Assembly: GCA_964016885.1 (NCBI GenBank)
Contig: OZ024740.1
Location: 337,342,001-337,406,000, forward strand
DNA length: 64,000 nt
Direction: 5' to 3'
Source of the DNA: Eledone cirrhosa
Taxonomy: Eukaryota
The translations under genes were made by a program, and so were the position numbers. Positions 61,791 to 64,000 of the stretch are shown here, piece by piece; within the stretch, counting starts at the first letter, position 1; every line of letters starts with the position of its first letter. The notes below the pieces were generated by a model. The model worked only from the letters and a program-made list of their open reading frames with translations. It was not told the origin of the DNA and did no database searches.

Positions 61791-62361
61791 TGGCTGTTGA
61801 CATTCTTCACCGCCACTGTCTCAGTCTTCTCACACTCTCTCCTCCCCCTCCTCCTCCTCTCCTTTCGTTTTATACTCTCTCCTCCACCCTTTGCATCTCA
61901 TATCACTCCCCCTCTCTTTCACATTATCTCCTTTTCACACTCTCCTCTCACCTCACCCCTTTCTTCCGTTTTTTCAATAAAGTTATAAGAGAAATAGAAT
62001 TATATTTGAATTTCGAAACTTATTTAGGTTGTCTGTATGGCATATCCGTGTGTTTGTATGTGTCTGTGTGTGTATGAGTGTATGCATTTGTGTATGTGTA
62101 TGTATGTGTGTGTATATGTGTATGTGAGTGCGACTGTGTATGCATGTGTGTGTTTGTATGGCATGTTGTGTGTGTATATAGATATTTTTATATATATATT
62201 GTTATACTTTGGGAGGGTCATGTTGCCAATAAGAAACACACGCACCAGTTGCTTTCACTTCAATTTATTATATATTTATAAATTTATAAATTTACAAATT
62301 TACAAACTTATAAATTTCTGGTTGGTTGGTTGGTTCCACAACCAGATAGTTGTTTATATAT

Positions 62362-62406
62362 AGTCATAGTCCTTTCGTCACACACTCTGTGACCTCTTCA
62401 GTGACT
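62362..62406 (-). ncRNA. Minimal type I hammerhead with canonical core
   Basis: On the - strand: AGTCA-CTGAAGA-G-GTCACA-GAGTG-TGTGAC-GAAA-GGAC-TA-TGACT. Degenerate paralogue at 15801-15845. Confidence 0.75.
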
Positions 62407-63214
62407 GGGGATTCCTTTCTTCGTTTCTGTGCCTTTCCTTTCTTCTATCCTACGCCATTTTTATATATATATATATACATATATATATGTTTGTGTGTGT
62501 GTGTGTCTCTATGGTATGACTGTGAGTGTTTTTATGGTAAGCCTGTATGTATGTATGCATATATGTATGTATGTATGCATGCATGTATATATGTGGGTGT
62601 GTATGCATGTATATACATGAATGTTTGTATGTGTATGTATGTCTGTGTGTGTGAATATATCTGTAATATATGATTGTGTGTGTGTGCATGATTGTGAGTG
62701 TGTGTATGTGTGAGTGTTTGTATGGCATTATTGTGTGTGAGTGTGTAGGTGTGTATCTGTGTGACATGATTATGTATATGCATGTATAGGCATACAAAAG
62801 TGTTTGTGTGTATATGTGTGTGTGTATGTGTTTGTGTGTATGTATGTGTGTGTATGCGTGTGTGTGTGTATGTATGTGTATCAGTGTGAGTGTGTGTATG
62901 TCACTGTGTGTGAGTGTGTCTTATAAGGCGTATCATGGAATGGTTAATACATTTTCAGTAATTACAAGAGAGGTCGCTTCTCACAGAAATTCCCATTTTC
63001 TACATCAATTTCATTATTTCCACCACAACCACCATGTATATTGATGTAGTTGCATGCTTTTATGTGTGTGCTTATGTGTTTGTGAGTTGTTAAGTGTGTT
63101 GATATGGGTGTGTATATACATATTTATTTAAAGAAAAGTTCAGCCCTTGCTAACAGGGAAAGTGGATGTTAAAATGATGATATGTATCTATCTATTTAGG
63201 AGGGGGGGGGGGGG

Positions 63215-64000
63215 GTAAAATTCCTGAGATCCATGGACGAGTTCTCTCCAGCGGTCTCTGTCCCTCATTATCGCTGCCATGTCCTGTATCTCCAAGAGAC
63301 CAGGGCATCAACATATGTCAACCTCGGTCATCCTCTTCCAGTGTGTCCATGCAAGGGCTCCCACAGGAGTACTGAGTGCAGTGTCAACTCTGGATGTTGG
63401 TGAGCATGTCTAGCTAACCTCAATCTTTTCTGTGTCACTTTTGAGCTGAGTCTTGGGAGGCTCCCATACAACTCTGAGTTTTTCATCCTCAGTGTATACT
63501 GATTAATGTTCAGAGCCATCCTTAGCATTCTCGTGTAGCACCCATCCATCATCTGAGTGAGTTTCTTGGTCAGTGTCCAAATCTCAGGCCCGTACAGCAG
63601 CACAGACTCCACTACAGCAACGAAGAGGCTGATCTTCAGGTCTTTACGAAGATCCGACTGCCACACCGATCTCAAGCTGTGGCATGCCGCCCAGGCTTTG
63701 CTCTTCCTCTCGACCACATCATCATTTGTACTCCCAATCTTTGGTCCCAAATACAGGAAATCTTCAATCAATTCTAGCGGCTTCTCGCCTACATTAGTAA
63801 TCTTCTCTGGCTTCTTAATATTCTCTACCAGATATTTCGTCTTAATCTCATTCATTCTCAGCCCTACACTCATCAACACAGTCTCCACCTCATGCATTAA
63901 ATCCTCTGCTTCCTTCACTGTGTTTGTCACCAAAACTATGTCGCCGGCAAATTCAGCATCCGATATCTTTTTCGCCTTAACTCTCCTGCTCTGAGCCAGT
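63215..64000 (-). mobile_element. RTE-clade LINE (second family), 3' part, runs off the window
   Basis: ORF 63328-63933: DFLYLG, VESVLLYGPEIWTL, DGCYTRMLRMAL, RLRLARH. Same family as 49062-49708. Confidence 0.88.

Noticed and set aside
60185-62077. Poly-Val, Gly/Cys, Pro/Gln and Thr ORFs resembling mucin, keratin-associated or formin-like proteins
   Set aside because: A degenerate trinucleotide array is open in several frames at once, shifts frame internally and has no convincing splice context.

Overview
AT-rich, microsatellite-laden eukaryotic DNA, not prokaryotic. The SINE, RTE and (TA)n/(GAT)n repertoire resembles a coleoid cephalopod such as an octopus (inference). Most short ORFs in the track are artefacts of (TA)n/(CA)n/(GGT)n repeats or antisense frames of LINEs. 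The window appears to lie within a large + strand host gene: four phase-compatible exons (4247-4282, 4346-4452, 35348-35519, 37383-37504) join into one open, unidentified peptide. Its introns are filled with RTE, R4/Dong, CR1 and CRE-type LINEs, tRNA-derived SINEs, Helitrons, hAT, piggyBac and pogo MITEs, and an Hsmar2-like mariner. The most notable signal is a Penelope-like element (PLE) and hammerhead ribozyme (HHR) system. It comprises two Hydra-clade-like and one Neptune-like GIY-YIG remnant, about nine type I HHR motifs (several with core variants), and a set of short non-coding fold-back elements in (TA)n whose inversion points fall in or next to the HHR. One of these carries a captured 169-nt cargo. 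All calls were made by eye, and no folding or database search was run.
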